64,000 bases of DNA from an uncultured Lachnospiraceae bacterium (GTDB taxonomy: Bacteria; Bacillota; Clostridia; Lachnospirales; Lachnospiraceae), in NCBI GenBank assembly GCA_900314255.1, contig OMUP01000020.1, positions 1,938-65,937 on the forward strand, read 5' to 3'. Position numbers and translations under genes: made by a program. The notes beneath the pieces were generated by a model, which was not told the DNA's origin, did no database searches, and worked only from the letters and a program-made list of their open reading frames with translations. This document shows, one piece after another, positions 1 to 11,769 of this stretch. Each line of letters starts with the position of its first letter. Position 1 is the stretch's first letter.

Positions 1-816
1 GAACTTCTGCATAGAACTTGTTCTCGCCAGTGGCCGGATCGCGGGAGAATGCAACGCCGGATCCGGAGGTCGGTCCCATGTTGCCGAATGCCATCATCTG
101 AACGTTGACGGCTGTGCCCCAGCTGTACGGAATATCGTTGTCGCGGCGGTATACATTCGCGCGCGGGTTGTCCCAGGAACGGAACACGGCCTTGACGGCT
201 TCAATCAGCTGCTCCTTCGGATCCGTCGGGAACGGCTTGCCGATCGCCTTCTGATACTTGTCCTTGAACTGCTCAGCCAGATCCTTCAGATCATCAGCAT
301 CCAGATCTACATCGGCGCTCACGCCCTTTTCGTTCTTCTTCGCGTCGATCAGCTTCTCGAAATCGCTCTTCGGAACCTCCATAACGACATCCGAGAACAT
401 CTGAATGAATCTTCTGTAGCAGTCCCATGCCCAGCGCGGGTTGTTCGACTTCTCTGCCAGAGTCTCAACAACATCCTCATTCAGGCCCAGGTTCAGGATC
501 GTATCCATCATACCCGGCATCGAAGCTCTGGCGCCGGAACGAACTGAAACAAGAAGCGGGTTTTCACGGGAACCGAACTTCTTGCCGGTAATCTTCTCCA
601 GCTTCTCCATGTACTCCGCGATCTGCGAACGGATTTCGTCGTTGATCTGTCTGCCGTCCTCGTAATACTGCGTGCAGGCCTCGGTTGTGATGGTGAATCC
701 CTGCGGAACCGGCAGCCCCAGATTGGTCATTTCTGCCAGGTTCGCACCCTTGCCGCCGAGAAGTTCACGCATATTCGCATTTCCTTCTGTGAACAGGTAA
801 ATCCATTTCTTTGCCA
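1..816 (-). CDS. ppdK: pyruvate, phosphate dikinase, N-terminal part (gene continues past the left edge)
   Basis: Absent from the ORF track because no stop lies inside the window. My reverse-strand translation from ATG 816-814 reads [48 protein letters not shown]...[22 protein letters not shown], the typical PPDK ATP-grasp N-terminus. GGAGGA lies 5 nt upstream of the ATG. Confidence 0.9.
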
Positions 817-850
817 TAGTATTCCTCCAAATAGCTTGCTTATGTGAGAA

Positions 851-879
851 ATTCTAGCACATTGCATAACTATTAACAA
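851..879 (-). promoter_or_regulatory. sigma-A type promoter for ppdK
   Basis: The reverse strand reads TTGTTA-17 nt-TAGAAT with TG one base upstream of the -10 (extended -10). It sits about 35 nt upstream of the ppdK RBS. Confidence 0.5.
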
Positions 880-995
880 TTATTGTAAGTGTTTACATGA
901 CAAATGTTTTTTACGGTTCCCTAAATTCTTTGTAAATTGATACCCGCACACAGTATGAAAATACAAAAAATTGCCACGCTGCTATTTGATATACA

Positions 996-1301
996 CGCAT
1001 AAGCCACGCATCGCTTCGCCGCCTGCCGGCGGCTCTCTTAACCTCGCGCATAAGCCACGCCGTCTTCAATGGCTCCCGCGCTGCTCAACGCCCTCGGCTT
1101 CGCCGAGGGATCGCGTCGTTCGCCATGCCTCATCACATGCTGTGCATGTGTGAGGACCTGGCTCACTTAGACGCGTTAATTCGCACTCTCGTCACGCTTC
1201 GCGTGTCTCCGTGCTCATTTCCGTTGCCGTGCCTGAAGCAAAAAGCCATCCTGGCATGCAAGCATGCCGGCTGGCTTCTGCTTCGGCACTGGCTTATGCG
1301 C
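996..1301. other. GC-rich multi-hairpin intergenic element (candidate structured RNA or REP-like element); function unknown
   Basis: Identical 14-mer CGCATAAGCCACGC at 996-1009 and 1047-1060. GCGCATAAGCCA (1046-1057) is perfectly complementary to TGGCTTATGCGC (1290-1301). Enclosed hairpins: 1091-1109 (8 bp), 1128-1155 (12 bp with one bulge), 1193-1205 and 1253-1268; a further hairpin at 1018-1033 lies just 5' of the closing helix. No credible ORF or RBS. Confidence 0.35.
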
Positions 1302-1304
1302 TCA

Positions 1305-1363
1305 AAAAAGGCCCCGGGAGGGGGATCCTTGTGTTTCAGAGGATTCCTTCTTCCGGGGCCTTT
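1305..1363 (-). terminator. intrinsic terminator downstream of clpB
   Basis: The reverse strand reads AAAGGCCCCGG...CCGGGGCCTTTTTT. An 11-bp GC-rich stem (1307-1317 / 1353-1363) is followed by a T-run, starting 3 nt after the clpB stop. Confidence 0.7.
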
Positions 1364-1366
1364 GGG

Positions 1367-3976
1367 TCAGGCTTGTTTTGTTACTGGTTTTTTATCACGG
1401 GCAGTCAGGAGACCATTTTCCAGATCGATCTCGATGGTGTCACCTTCGCTGATGTTTCCGGCGAGGATCTGTCTTGCCGCCAGTGTATCAACCGTTCTCT
1501 GCAGATATCTGCGAAGCGGTCTTGCACCATACTGCGGGTCAAATCCGTTGTCGATGACATACTGTCTTGCGGCATCTGTAAGGCTGACGCTGATCTGTCT
1601 GTCTGCCAGTCTCTTGTTGACGTCATTCATCATCAGGTCAACGATCCGGCTGATGTTGTCCTTCGTAAGCGGTTTGAAGAGAATGATCTCATCGAGCCGG
1701 TTCAGGAATTCCGGACGGAAGTGCGCATGCAGCTGCTGCATGACAGCCGACTCGGCCTCCGGCTTGATATCGCCCTTGTCATCAATGCCGTTAAGCAGGA
1801 TATCCGAACCAATGTTGCTGGTCATAATGATGATGGTGTTCTTGAAGTCCACCGTGCGGCCCTGCGAGTCGGTGATCCGGCCGTCGTCGAGAACCTGCAG
1901 GAGAACGTTGAACACATCCGGGTGAGCCTTTTCGACCTCGTCGAACAGAACCACCGAATACGGCTTTCTTCTGACGGCTTCCGTCAGCTGGCCGCCTTCA
2001 TCATAGCCAACGTACCCCGGAGGCGCTCCGATGAGCCGGGAGACAGAATACTTCTCCATGTACTCACTCATATCGATGCGGACCATATTGTTCTCATCGT
2101 CAAAAAGCGCTGCGGCCAGAGCCTTGGCCAGCTCGGTCTTGCCTACGCCGGTAGGTCCGAGGAACATGAACGAGCCGATCGGTTTGGTCGGATCTTTGAT
2201 GCCGGCCTTGCTGCGCATGATGGCTTCGGTTACTTTGCGCACACCTTCATCCTGTCCGATGACCCGCTTGTGCAGTTCATCTGCCAAATGCAGCGTCTTC
2301 TGCCGCTCTGTCTCGGAAAGTCTTGCAACTGGAATGCCGGTCCAGCGGGAAACGATTCTTGCGATTTCATTTTCCGTGACACTTTCGTGCACGAGATCCA
2401 TATCCTTCTCAGATACTTTCTTCTCTGCTTCCGCAAGCTGTGCCTCAACCTTCGGCAGCTCACCGTACTGCAGTCTGGCTGCCTTGTCCAGATCATAGTC
2501 ACGCTGTGCTTTCTCGATTTCAGTGTGCAGTTTCTCGATCTTGTCCTTAAGCTTGTGCGTATCTTCTACAGCAGACTTTTCGTTCTTCCACTTTGCCAGC
2601 TTCTCTGAATACTGACTGTTTAATTCACTCAGTTCCTTCTCCAGATCAGCCAGGCGCTCACGGCTCAGGTTGTCCGTTTCTTTCTTCAGCGCTGTCTGCT
2701 CGATCTCCAGCTGCATGATCTTTCTGTGAAGCTCATCCAGATCCGACGGCATGGAGTTCAGCTCGGTCTTGATCATGGCGCAGGCTTCATCTACAAGGTC
2801 GATAGCCTTGTCCGGCAGGAAACGGTCAGAGATGTAACGCTTTGACAAAGTAGCAGCCGAAACCAGCGCGCCGTCCGTTATTTTTACGCCGTGATAGTTC
2901 TCATAGCGCTCCTTCAGGCCGCGCAGGATCGAAATGGTATCCTCCACCGACGGCTCATCCACCATGACCGGCTGGAAACGACGTTCCAGCGCCGCATCCT
3001 TTTCCAGGTACTTGCGGTACTCATCCAGTGTCGTCGCACCGATACAGTGCAGCTCGCCTCTGGCAAGCATCGGCTTCAGCATGTTGCCGGCGTCCATGGA
3101 ACCTTCGGTCTTGCCGGCGCCGACAATGTTGTGAATTTCATCGATAAAGAGAATAATCTGACCTTCGCTCTTGCGGACTTCGTTCAGAACGCCCTTCAGC
3201 CGTTCCTCAAACTCGCCTCTGTACTTTGCGCCGGCAATGAGCGAGCCCATATCCAGCGAATACAGCTTCTTGTTCTTCAGTCCTTCCGGAACATCCTTGC
3301 GGACAATCCGCTGTGCGAGTCCCTCGACAACAGCCGTCTTGCCCACGCCAGGCTCACCGATCAGAATCGGGTTGTTCTTGGTCTTGCGGGACAGAATCCG
3401 GATTACATTGCGGATTTCCTCATCCCGTCCGATAACCGGATCCAGCTTGCCTTCCTGCGCTGCCTCGGTCAGATCCGTGGCATATTTCTTCAATGTATCG
3501 TAAGTGACTTCCGGATTATCGGTCGTCACAGCCTGATCCCCTCTGACCGACTGCAGGGCCTTCAGGAATTTGTCTTTCGTAACTCCGTACTGGTGGAAAA
3601 GACCTTTGATTCCCTCATTAGGCGATGCAATCAGCGAGAGCATCAGGTGCTCAACCGACACATAGGAATCACCCATGCGCTTTGCGATATCCTCGGCTCC
3701 AAGCAGCGCGTCGTTTAAGGACGGGCTGATCTGCCTCTGGACATTGGAACCGGAGACCTTGACCTTCTTCTGAAGAAGAGCGTCAAGGCTGTTCATGAAA
3801 CTCTTTTTATCGATACCCATCTTCTCGATCAGGTTCGCAATCAGGCTGTCCTCGATCGTCATCAGGCTGTACAGAAAATGTTCCTGATCGATTGTCTGGT
3901 TGCCGTAGTCATATGCCACCTTTTCACTGCCGTTGAGTGCTTCGATGGATTTCTGTGTAAACTTGCTGATGTTCAT
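1367..3976 (-). CDS. clpB: ATP-dependent chaperone/disaggregase ClpB
   Basis: 875-aa ORF with two AAA+ modules (GEPGVGKTA and GPTGVGKTE Walker A motifs), a Clp N-domain and a long coiled-coil M-domain. I place the start at the second Met ([10 protein letters not shown]) because AGGTGA lies 5 nt upstream. Confidence 0.95.
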   Translation of the reverse strand: MNISKFTQKSIEALNGSEKVAYDYGNQTIDQEHFLYSLMTIEDSLIANLIEKMGIDKKSFMNSLDALLQKKVKVSGSNVQRQISPSLNDALLGAEDIAKRMGDSYVSVEHLMLSLIASPNEGIKGLFHQYGVTKDKFLKALQSVRGDQAVTTDNPEVTYDTLKKYATDLTEAAQEGKLDPVIGRDEEIRNVIRILSRKTKNNPILIGEPGVGKTAVVEGLAQRIVRKDVPEGLKNKKLYSLDMGSLIAGAKYRGEFEERLKGVLNEVRKSEGQIILFIDEIHNIVGAGKTEGSMDAGNMLKPMLARGELHCIGATTLDEYRKYLEKDAALERRFQPVMVDEPSVEDTISILRGLKERYENYHGVKITDGALVSAATLSKRYISDRFLPDKAIDLVDEACAMIKTELNSMPSDLDELHRKIMQLEIEQTALKKETDNLSRERLADLEKELSELNSQYSEKLAKWKNEKSAVEDTHKLKDKIEKLHTEIEKAQRDYDLDKAARLQYGELPKVEAQLAEAEKKVSEKDMDLVHESVTENEIARIVSRWTGIPVARLSETERQKTLHLADELHKRVIGQDEGVRKVTEAIMRSKAGIKDPTKPIGSFMFLGPTGVGKTELAKALAAALFDDENNMVRIDMSEYMEKYSVSRLIGAPPGYVGYDEGGQLTEAVRRKPYSVVLFDEVEKAHPDVFNVLLQVLDDGRITDSQGRTVDFKNTIIIMTSNIGSDILLNGIDDKGDIKPEAESAVMQQLHAHFRPEFLNRLDEIILFKPLTKDNISRIVDLMMNDVNKRLADRQISVSLTDAARQYVIDNGFDPQYGARPLRRYLQRTVDTLAARQILAGNISEGDTIEIDLENGLLTARDKKPVTKQA

Positions 3977-4079
3977 GGTATCACCTTCTTTCAAACGGGA
4001 TCTGCAGCCTGCCGTCCTGTCCGGCCTCTCTGCCAGATCCTCTTATTTCCTTTCACATCATCATTTGTATCACTGGTTA

Positions 4080-4106
4080 TTAGCACTGTCAAGTGGTGAG
4101 TGCTAA
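4080..4106. promoter_or_regulatory. CIRCE operator (HrcA binding site) upstream of clpB
   Basis: TTAGCACTG-TCAAGTGGT-GAGTGCTAA versus consensus TTAGCACTC-N9-GAGTGCTAA: one mismatch and an exact 9-nt spacer. It lies about 105 nt upstream of the clpB start. Confidence 0.85.
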
Positions 4107-4131
4107 TTTTATAGAAGCTTAAGAATTTCAT

Positions 4132-4172
4132 TAAAAAAGAGCAGAGACAGGCCATCAGGCCCTCTCTGCTCT
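4132..4172 (-). terminator. intrinsic terminator after the glycerol operon
   Basis: On the reverse strand, an imperfect stem of about 14 bp (4139-4153 / 4158-4171) is followed by TTTTTT (4133-4138). Confidence 0.7.
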
Positions 4173-4225
4173 GTCCCTGGCAAATGCCACCTGTCAGCCG
4201 TGCTGCCGAAAGTCCCGGCCGCCGG

Positions 4226-4597
4226 TCAGCTTACCTTTGCGATATTCTTTGTCGCCACGATGTTCACGCCGGTCCCCGCCACATCCGGCAGGATCACATC
4301 GCCGATGGCGACCGGAGCCTTCACGTGAACCTCTTCCACAGCCGCCATGACATCAAAGATCTTTCCCTTCGGGATATCCTTCTCTGTCTTGACGGATACA
4401 ACAGGAAGATCACCTCCGTCTACCTTTACCGTCGTCGTGACGACGCGGGTCGGAGACACGACTTCCTTTGCGGCATAGATTTCGCCTCTCTTGCAGGTGT
4501 TTCCGGTGATCTTCAACACCTTTCCGTCTTCCATGTCAACTGAAATCTGACAGCCCATCGGGCAGCAGATACAGGTAAGATGCTTTGTTTCCACCAT
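4226..4597 (-). CDS. DUF1667-like small Cys-rich protein, third component of the clostridial glycerol-3-phosphate dehydrogenase-type cluster
   Basis: 123 aa with N-terminal CxCCPxGC (LTCICCPMGCQISV). The start abuts the stop of the upstream flavoprotein gene. Confidence 0.7.
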   Translation of the reverse strand: MVETKHLTCICCPMGCQISVDMEDGKVLKITGNTCKRGEIYAAKEVVSPTRVVTTTVKVDGGDLPVVSVKTEKDIPKGKIFDVMAAVEEVHVKAPVAIGDVILPDVAGTGVNIVATKNIAKVS

Positions 4598-4598
4598 T

Positions 4599-5861
4599 TC
4601 ATGCCTCCTCGATCCGGACCGTGATTTCCTTCAGGTCATCCTTGCCCAGCAGCGTCTTCTTCGGCAGAATCACCTGTTCCATCTCGCCCGGTGCCATGAT
4701 CTGCTTTCTGCGGTGCTGAATACGCTCATCGTTCAGGTAAACGCTGATATAGGAATCCTTGAAAACTTTTCCGACACGGAAACGGACCGTCACCATATCA
4801 TCGCAAAGCTGCGGGTCAATGGTCGTCGGAACCGTATAGCGCACGCCGTCAACTGCCTTCACCGGAACGGCAGAAGTGCTCTCTGCCTCTCCGCGGGTGA
4901 TGTATTCTGCTGCGTGGCGTCCGGCAGCTGCTGCCTCTTCCGAAACGTAGTCGACCAAATCGTGCACATGCAGAACATTTCCGCAGGCGAACACACCGTC
5001 GATGCTGGTCTCCAGCCGGTCATTTACAAAAGCACCTCTTGTCACAGGGTTCAGAGCGACGCCGGCACTCTTGCTCAGCTCATTTTCCGGAAGAAGTCCA
5101 ACGGAAAGAAGAACTGTGTCGCAGCTGTATTCTTCTTCTGTTCCCGGAATCGGCTTCATATGTTCATCGACCTGAGCGATGGTGACGCCTTCGACTCTCT
5201 CCTTGCCCCGGATGTCCACGAGGGTATGGGACAGCTTGAGCGGAATGCCGAAGTCGTCAAGGCACTGAACGATGTTTCTCTTCAGACCGCCGGAATACGG
5301 CATGATCTCGGCAACAACCTTGACCTTTGCCCCTTCCAGTGTCATACGTCTTGCCATGATGAGGCCGATATCGCCGGATCCGAGGATGACAACCTCACGT
5401 CCCGGCATATACCCTTCAATGTTGATCAGGCGCTGGGCCGTGCCGGCGGAAAAGATACCTGCTGGACGGAATCCCGGGATGTTCAGGGCGCCTCTGGGTC
5501 TTTCACGGCAGCCCATGGCAAGGATCACAGCCTTCGCCTGGAGCTGGAACATGCCGTCCTCCCGGTTCATGGCCGTGACAACCTTCTGCGGTGTGATGTC
5601 CATGACCATCGTCGAAAGCCGGTACTCAATCTTGCGCTCAAGTACCTGTCTGATGAAACGGTCCGCATATTCCGGTCCGGTCAGCTCTTCCTTGAACGTG
5701 TGAAGGCCGAAGCCGTTGTGGATACACTGATTGAGGATACCGCCGAGACAGTTGTCGCGCTCGAGAATCAGGATATCCCGAATGCCGGCATCATACGCGG
5801 ATACGGCTGCCGCCAGTCCGGCCGGACCGCCGCCTATGATGACCAGATCACAATTCTTCAT
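4599..5861 (-). CDS. NAD(P)/FAD-dependent pyridine nucleotide-disulfide type oxidoreductase
   Basis: Two Rossmann motifs (VIIGGGPAGLAAA and VILGSGDIGLIMA). ATG at 5861 has GAGGAGG 10 nt upstream; the track start at 5870 is a TTG overlapping the upstream stop. Confidence 0.8.
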   Translation of the reverse strand: MKNCDLVIIGGGPAGLAAAVSAYDAGIRDILILERDNCLGGILNQCIHNGFGLHTFKEELTGPEYADRFIRQVLERKIEYRLSTMVMDITPQKVVTAMNREDGMFQLQAKAVILAMGCRERPRGALNIPGFRPAGIFSAGTAQRLINIEGYMPGREVVILGSGDIGLIMARRMTLEGAKVKVVAEIMPYSGGLKRNIVQCLDDFGIPLKLSHTLVDIRGKERVEGVTIAQVDEHMKPIPGTEEEYSCDTVLLSVGLLPENELSKSAGVALNPVTRGAFVNDRLETSIDGVFACGNVLHVHDLVDYVSEEAAAAGRHAAEYITRGEAESTSAVPVKAVDGVRYTVPTTIDPQLCDDMVTVRFRVGKVFKDSYISVYLNDERIQHRRKQIMAPGEMEQVILPKKTLLGKDDLKEITVRIEEA

Positions 5862-5866
5862 ATGTC

Positions 5867-7312
5867 TCAAACCTCCTCACTTTTTTTGCTGTAGCCGAAC
5901 ACGATCTGTGACTTTCCGCCGCTCTTGGTGACCTCTGTCATCGGCACGTTCCGGTATTTCTTCAGCAGATCCATGACACGCGGTGAGCAGAATCCGCCCT
6001 GGCATCTTCCCATGCCGGCGCGCACTCTTCTCTTGACACCGTCCAGCGACTTCGCACCAAGCGGTCTTGTGATGGCGTCGATGATTTCTCCCTCCGTCAC
6101 GGACTCGCAGCGGCAGATAATCGTGCCGTAAGACGGGTTCTTTTTGATCAGCTCGTTGCGCTCTTCAAGCGTGAGCTTCTTCGGATCAAGGATTCCCTTG
6201 CGCTTTCCGTTGAAGTTCTCGTTCTTCTCAGCCGAAAGTTTTTCCGCAATTTCTCCGGCAAGCATCTCGCCGATCGCCGGTGCGGATGTAAGGCCGGGCG
6301 ACTCGATGCCGGCTGCATCAAAGAAACCGTGCGCGTCCTCCGGCTGTCCGATGACAAAGTCATCGCCGTCCTCATGCGCACGCAGACCCGCAAACGAAGT
6401 GATGACTTCTCTCGTCGGGATGTTCTTGACGCCGCGGAAGCACTTTGTGTTGACTTCGTTCAGCCCTGCCCCCGTCGTGTTGGTCGCTTCCTTGTCATCG
6501 ACATCGACAGCCGTCGGTCCGAGCAGAAGGTTGCCGTGAATCGTCGGAGAAACCAGGATGCCCTTGCCGTACTCGTTCGGAAGAACAAAAATCGTGTGGT
6601 TCACATGGCCGCCGGCCGTGTGGTCAAGCAGACAGTACTCGCCCTTGCGCGCGGTGATATGAAGCTTCTTTGCGCTCACCATGTTGTGGATCGCATCCGA
6701 ATATACGCCGGCCGCGTTGACAACAGTCCGTGTCTCATAGGATGCGGTATTTGTCATGACGGTAAATGCACCGTCTTTTCCGGAAACAGAAGAAACCTCC
6801 TCGTCGAAGCGGAATTCTACGCCGTTTGTATAGGCATTCTCCGCCATGGCAATCGTGAGAAGGAACGGGCAGATAATCCCGGCCGTCGGCGCGTAGAGAG
6901 CGCTGACAACATCATCGGACAGATTCGGCTCCATGTTGTGCAGCCGGTCAAGGTCGGTGATAATCTCCAGGCCTTTGATGCCGTTTTTCAGGCCGCGCTC
7001 ATAGAGTGCCTCCAGCTTTTTCGGATCGTCATCCTTGAGGCATACGACAAAAGATCCGATGCGGGAGAACGGAACGTCCAGATCGTCTGTCACTTCTCCC
7101 ATCATCTCATTGCCGCGGCGGTTGAGCTTTGCCTTGAGCGTTCCCGGAATCGCGTCATAGCCGGCGTGTACGATAGCCGAGTTGGCCTTCGATGTACCGG
7201 TGCAGACATCTTCACCTTTTTCCAGTACCAGTGTCTTCAGCTTGAAGCGGGAGAGCTCTCTTGCAATCGAGCATCCCGTAACACCGGCGCCGATGATGAT
7301 TACATCATACAT
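5867..7312 (-). CDS. glpA: FAD-dependent glycerol-3-phosphate dehydrogenase/oxidase-like protein with C-terminal BFD-like [2Fe-2S] domain
   Basis: MYDVIIIGAGVTGCSIAREL FAD fold; C-terminal CRCESVTEGEI...GRCQGGFC. Start moved to the Met at 7312 (AAGGAG RBS), which leaves a 35-nt gap to the glpK stop. Confidence 0.8.
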   Translation of the reverse strand: MYDVIIIGAGVTGCSIARELSRFKLKTLVLEKGEDVCTGTSKANSAIVHAGYDAIPGTLKAKLNRRGNEMMGEVTDDLDVPFSRIGSFVVCLKDDDPKKLEALYERGLKNGIKGLEIITDLDRLHNMEPNLSDDVVSALYAPTAGIICPFLLTIAMAENAYTNGVEFRFDEEVSSVSGKDGAFTVMTNTASYETRTVVNAAGVYSDAIHNMVSAKKLHITARKGEYCLLDHTAGGHVNHTIFVLPNEYGKGILVSPTIHGNLLLGPTAVDVDDKEATNTTGAGLNEVNTKCFRGVKNIPTREVITSFAGLRAHEDGDDFVIGQPEDAHGFFDAAGIESPGLTSAPAIGEMLAGEIAEKLSAEKNENFNGKRKGILDPKKLTLEERNELIKKNPSYGTIICRCESVTEGEIIDAITRPLGAKSLDGVKRRVRAGMGRCQGGFCSPRVMDLLKKYRNVPMTEVTKSGGKSQIVFGYSKKSEEV

Positions 7313-7347
7313 GTGCTTCTCCTTATCTTTTAAAAGATATTGATGTT

Positions 7348-8910
<1,563 letters not shown>

Positions 8911-8992
8911 TTACCATAGAACCTGTGAAAAAGCAGTCGGAAATTGCTGTAATCTTCCCTGTTGTTGCTGCGGCAGAATGATAATCCGAAGC

Positions 8993-9015
8993 AAAAAGAA
9001 GAGCCTCCGGCTCTG
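8993..9015 (-). terminator. probable terminator of the suf operon
   Basis: The reverse strand reads AGAGCC-GGA-GGCTCT followed by TCTTTTTGC. The stem is short (6 bp), so confidence is only moderate. Confidence 0.4.
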
Positions 9016-9084
9016 ATGAACCGTTGGCTCCCCTTTGACTTGCTTTGATTTAAAGTCCGCATTTCCCATGCGAAATGCAGTATG

Positions 9085-9534
9085 TCAGTTTTTCTTGTCC
9101 TGCTCTTCTTTTTCCTTCAGCGCCTCATCCAGCGTATGCCATCCCAGCACTGCGCACTTCACGCGGGCAGGCATGTGCCGGATGTTCTCGAAAGCCTGCG
9201 AATCCTCGAGCTCCTCGAGCTGCTCCGGATCCGTGACCGTTCCCTTGATCATGCCGATAAAGGTGTCAGCCAGATGTCTGGCTTCCTCGACACTGCGGCC
9301 CTTGATGAGATCAATCATCATGGACGCGGAGGCCTGGGAGATCGCGCAGCCGTCTCCGACAAAGGATGCGTCTTCAATCTTTCCGTCCTTCACCCGCAGC
9401 TCAAGTGTAATCTCATCGCCGCATGAAGGATTTACGCCGTCATGCACGATGTTCGGATGGTCGATGTCATGTTTGTGCTCTTTGGAACGGCTGTTCTCCG
9501 TGATAATCTGTGTGTAAATCTGATTAAGACTCAT
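9085..9534 (-). CDS. sufU: Fe-S cluster assembly sulfur-transfer/scaffold protein SufU
   Basis: NPSCGDEITL...GDGCAISQASASMM...RVKCAVL are the three conserved Cys of SufU/IscU-like proteins. The gene overlaps the sufS stop. Confidence 0.9.
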   Translation of the reverse strand: MSLNQIYTQIITENSRSKEHKHDIDHPNIVHDGVNPSCGDEITLELRVKDGKIEDASFVGDGCAISQASASMMIDLIKGRSVEEARHLADTFIGMIKGTVTDPEQLEELEDSQAFENIRHMPARVKCAVLGWHTLDEALKEKEEQDKKN

Positions 9535-10747
9535 AGCCAAGCCACTTCCTTACTTTCAGAATGCTGCTGCACAGAGCGTCGATGTCTTCCTTCGTGTTGT
9601 ACACGGAAATGCTGGCGCGGCAGCAGTTGTGAATGCCCAGATGGCCCATAAGAGGCTGCGCGCAGTGATGTCCGGCTCTCACGCACACACCGTCGGCATC
9701 AAGGATTGAAGCTACATCGTGCGGATGTGCATCGTCAATGTTAAACGCGATTGCCCCGACATGCCTTCCTTCGCTTGTCCCGTAGACGGTCACATGCGGA
9801 AGGCTGTGGAGCTTCTCCCATGCATAATCGTAGATGACCTTCTCGCGCTCCTCAATCGTATCCATGCCGATTTTGTTCATCCAGTGAATTGCGGCGGCAA
9901 GTCCGACCGCGCCGCCGGCGTTCTGGGTGCCTGCTTCAAATTTTTCCGGCAGCGGAGCCCACACAGCGTCCTGCTCGGAAACCGAGTCGATCATATCACC
10001 GCCGGCAAGGAACGGAGGCATCTCTTCGAGCAGATCTCTTCTGCCCCAGAGGATGCCGATTCCGAGCGGCGAAAAGAGTTTGTGGCCGGAAAGAGCCAGA
10101 AAATCGGCTCCGAGCGTCTGAACATCAATTTTCAGATGCGGTGCGCTCTGCGCCGCGTCCACGACAACGACAGCCCCGACCTCATGCGCTCTGGCAATGA
10201 TCGTCTCGTAAGGGGTCACAATTCCGAGCACATTGGAGACCTGAGTGATCGCGACAAGGCGCACACCCGGGACGATTTTCTTCATGATCTCCTCGTCCGT
10301 GATCTTCCCGCTGCCATTTTCCGTGTACATGTAGTCAAGCACCGCGCCATTGGCTTTCGCAACCCTCTGCCACGGGATCAGGTTGCTGTGATGCTCGAGA
10401 ATCGAGATGACGATGTGGTCACCCTTGTGAATATGGGTGAGCCCGTAGCTGTACGCAACCAGATTCAGGCTCTCGGTCGCGTTGCGCGTGTAGATCACCT
10501 GCGACGGGTCCGCATTGAGGAACTGCGCGATCACCTGGCGCGCATTTTCATAGCTCTCCGTCGCCTGCTCCGCGAGTTCATACACGCCGCGGTGCGGATT
10601 GGCATTCTTTTCATAGTAAAACTGGCTCACCGCTTCGATTACATCCGACGGGCGCTGGCTTGTCGCCGCCGAATCAAGATAGTGAAAAGGCTTGCCTTTT
10701 TTCTTCTCGAATATCGGAAATTCCGCCTTTATCTCTTCATCAGTCAA
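9524..10747 (-). CDS. sufS: cysteine desulfurase SufS (class V aminotransferase)
   Basis: 407 aa with SGHKLFSPLGIG (PLP lysine) and RAGHHCAQPL (active-site Cys loop). Confidence 0.93.
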   Translation of the reverse strand: MTDEEIKAEFPIFEKKKGKPFHYLDSAATSQRPSDVIEAVSQFYYEKNANPHRGVYELAEQATESYENARQVIAQFLNADPSQVIYTRNATESLNLVAYSYGLTHIHKGDHIVISILEHHSNLIPWQRVAKANGAVLDYMYTENGSGKITDEEIMKKIVPGVRLVAITQVSNVLGIVTPYETIIARAHEVGAVVVVDAAQSAPHLKIDVQTLGADFLALSGHKLFSPLGIGILWGRRDLLEEMPPFLAGGDMIDSVSEQDAVWAPLPEKFEAGTQNAGGAVGLAAAIHWMNKIGMDTIEEREKVIYDYAWEKLHSLPHVTVYGTSEGRHVGAIAFNIDDAHPHDVASILDADGVCVRAGHHCAQPLMGHLGIHNCCRASISVYNTKEDIDALCSSILKVRKWLGYES

Positions 10748-11756
10748 GGTTCATTCTCCTCTCCAGTGACGCATGGATTTCTTCTCTTACCGCCTCGTCC
10801 GGTATTTCGTCGATCACCGGATTGAACCGGGACTCCACGGCAAGCTGTCTTGCCTGATTCTCGGTGAGGCCTCTGGACTGAAGGTAATACATAAGATCCT
10901 TGTTGATCTTGCCGATCGAGGCTGCATGCTGGCCGTCCACATCTTCCTCATCGCACAGAATCAGCGGAATGGAGCGGTTGCGTGCCGTCGGGCTGAAGAG
11001 CAGGACGTTTTCTGCCTCGCGGCCCTTCGACTTGCTGCAGCCGTGAATGAAATCCATCGATCCGCGGTATACCTTGTCCGCATTTCCGAACAGCGCGCCA
11101 TTTGCCAGGATGGATGTCGTCGTCTTTTTCCCGGTGTGTCTTGTGACGTAGCTGAAATCCAGTCTCCGGCTCTCATCGCCGAAATAGATGGTTTCTTCCG
11201 TAAAGTCCGCCTTGTATCCTTTGAGCGCTGCGCACCCTCCGGCAAATGCGGCCTTTCCGCCGAGTTCCGACTGAATCAGGCGCACCTTTGCCTCATCGCC
11301 CACGACGGCACCGAAATCATCCCCCACAAGGCATCCGTTTCCGACTGTCTGGGACTGAATGACCGTCACCTGCGCTCTCGGCCCCGCGATAACCTTCACA
11401 AGGCGCGTGATCTGTCCGTCCTGCACGCTGTCCGATGCATGCGTGTAAAATGTAACCCGGCTGTCTTCCCCTGCTTCAATCAGGATGATTTCCGAAGCGA
11501 TGCCGGCCTTTTCGTCTTTGATCACGCCGAGGTCCTCGCCCTTGCCGGCGCGGATAATCCGCACGTAAGATGCGTGACTCTCGACAAAGGAAACGAATTC
11601 TCTGCCCATGCCGGTCTCGATATCCTTGAATTCCGACGGGATGTCGGCCTTCTTTGATGAAGCCGCCTCCAGAGGCATGTTGGCGAAATTCAGCATCAGA
11701 TGATTCCAGGTCAGAGTCGGAAGCGGGTTGACCTTCAGTATATTCTGTTCTCCCAT
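10740..11756 (-). CDS. sufD: Fe-S cluster assembly protein SufD
   Basis: 338 aa of the SufB/SufD beta-helix family, C-terminal EESRFNPVIDEIP-like tail, positioned between sufB and sufS. Confidence 0.85.
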   Translation of the reverse strand: MGEQNILKVNPLPTLTWNHLMLNFANMPLEAASSKKADIPSEFKDIETGMGREFVSFVESHASYVRIIRAGKGEDLGVIKDEKAGIASEIILIEAGEDSRVTFYTHASDSVQDGQITRLVKVIAGPRAQVTVIQSQTVGNGCLVGDDFGAVVGDEAKVRLIQSELGGKAAFAGGCAALKGYKADFTEETIYFGDESRRLDFSYVTRHTGKKTTTSILANGALFGNADKVYRGSMDFIHGCSKSKGREAENVLLFSPTARNRSIPLILCDEEDVDGQHAASIGKINKDLMYYLQSRGLTENQARQLAVESRFNPVIDEIPDEAVREEIHASLERRMNLD

Positions 11757-11769
11757 TTTTCCTCCTCTC

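Noticed and set aside
1211-2608. 465-aa plus-strand ORF, together with 1125-1925, 2031-2498 and 2891-3718, opposite clpB
   Set aside because: These are mirror-frame ORFs antisense to a strongly supported ClpB gene. They have no RBS, low-complexity or odd composition, and no recognisable domain. This is a typical artefact of GC-rich third codon positions.
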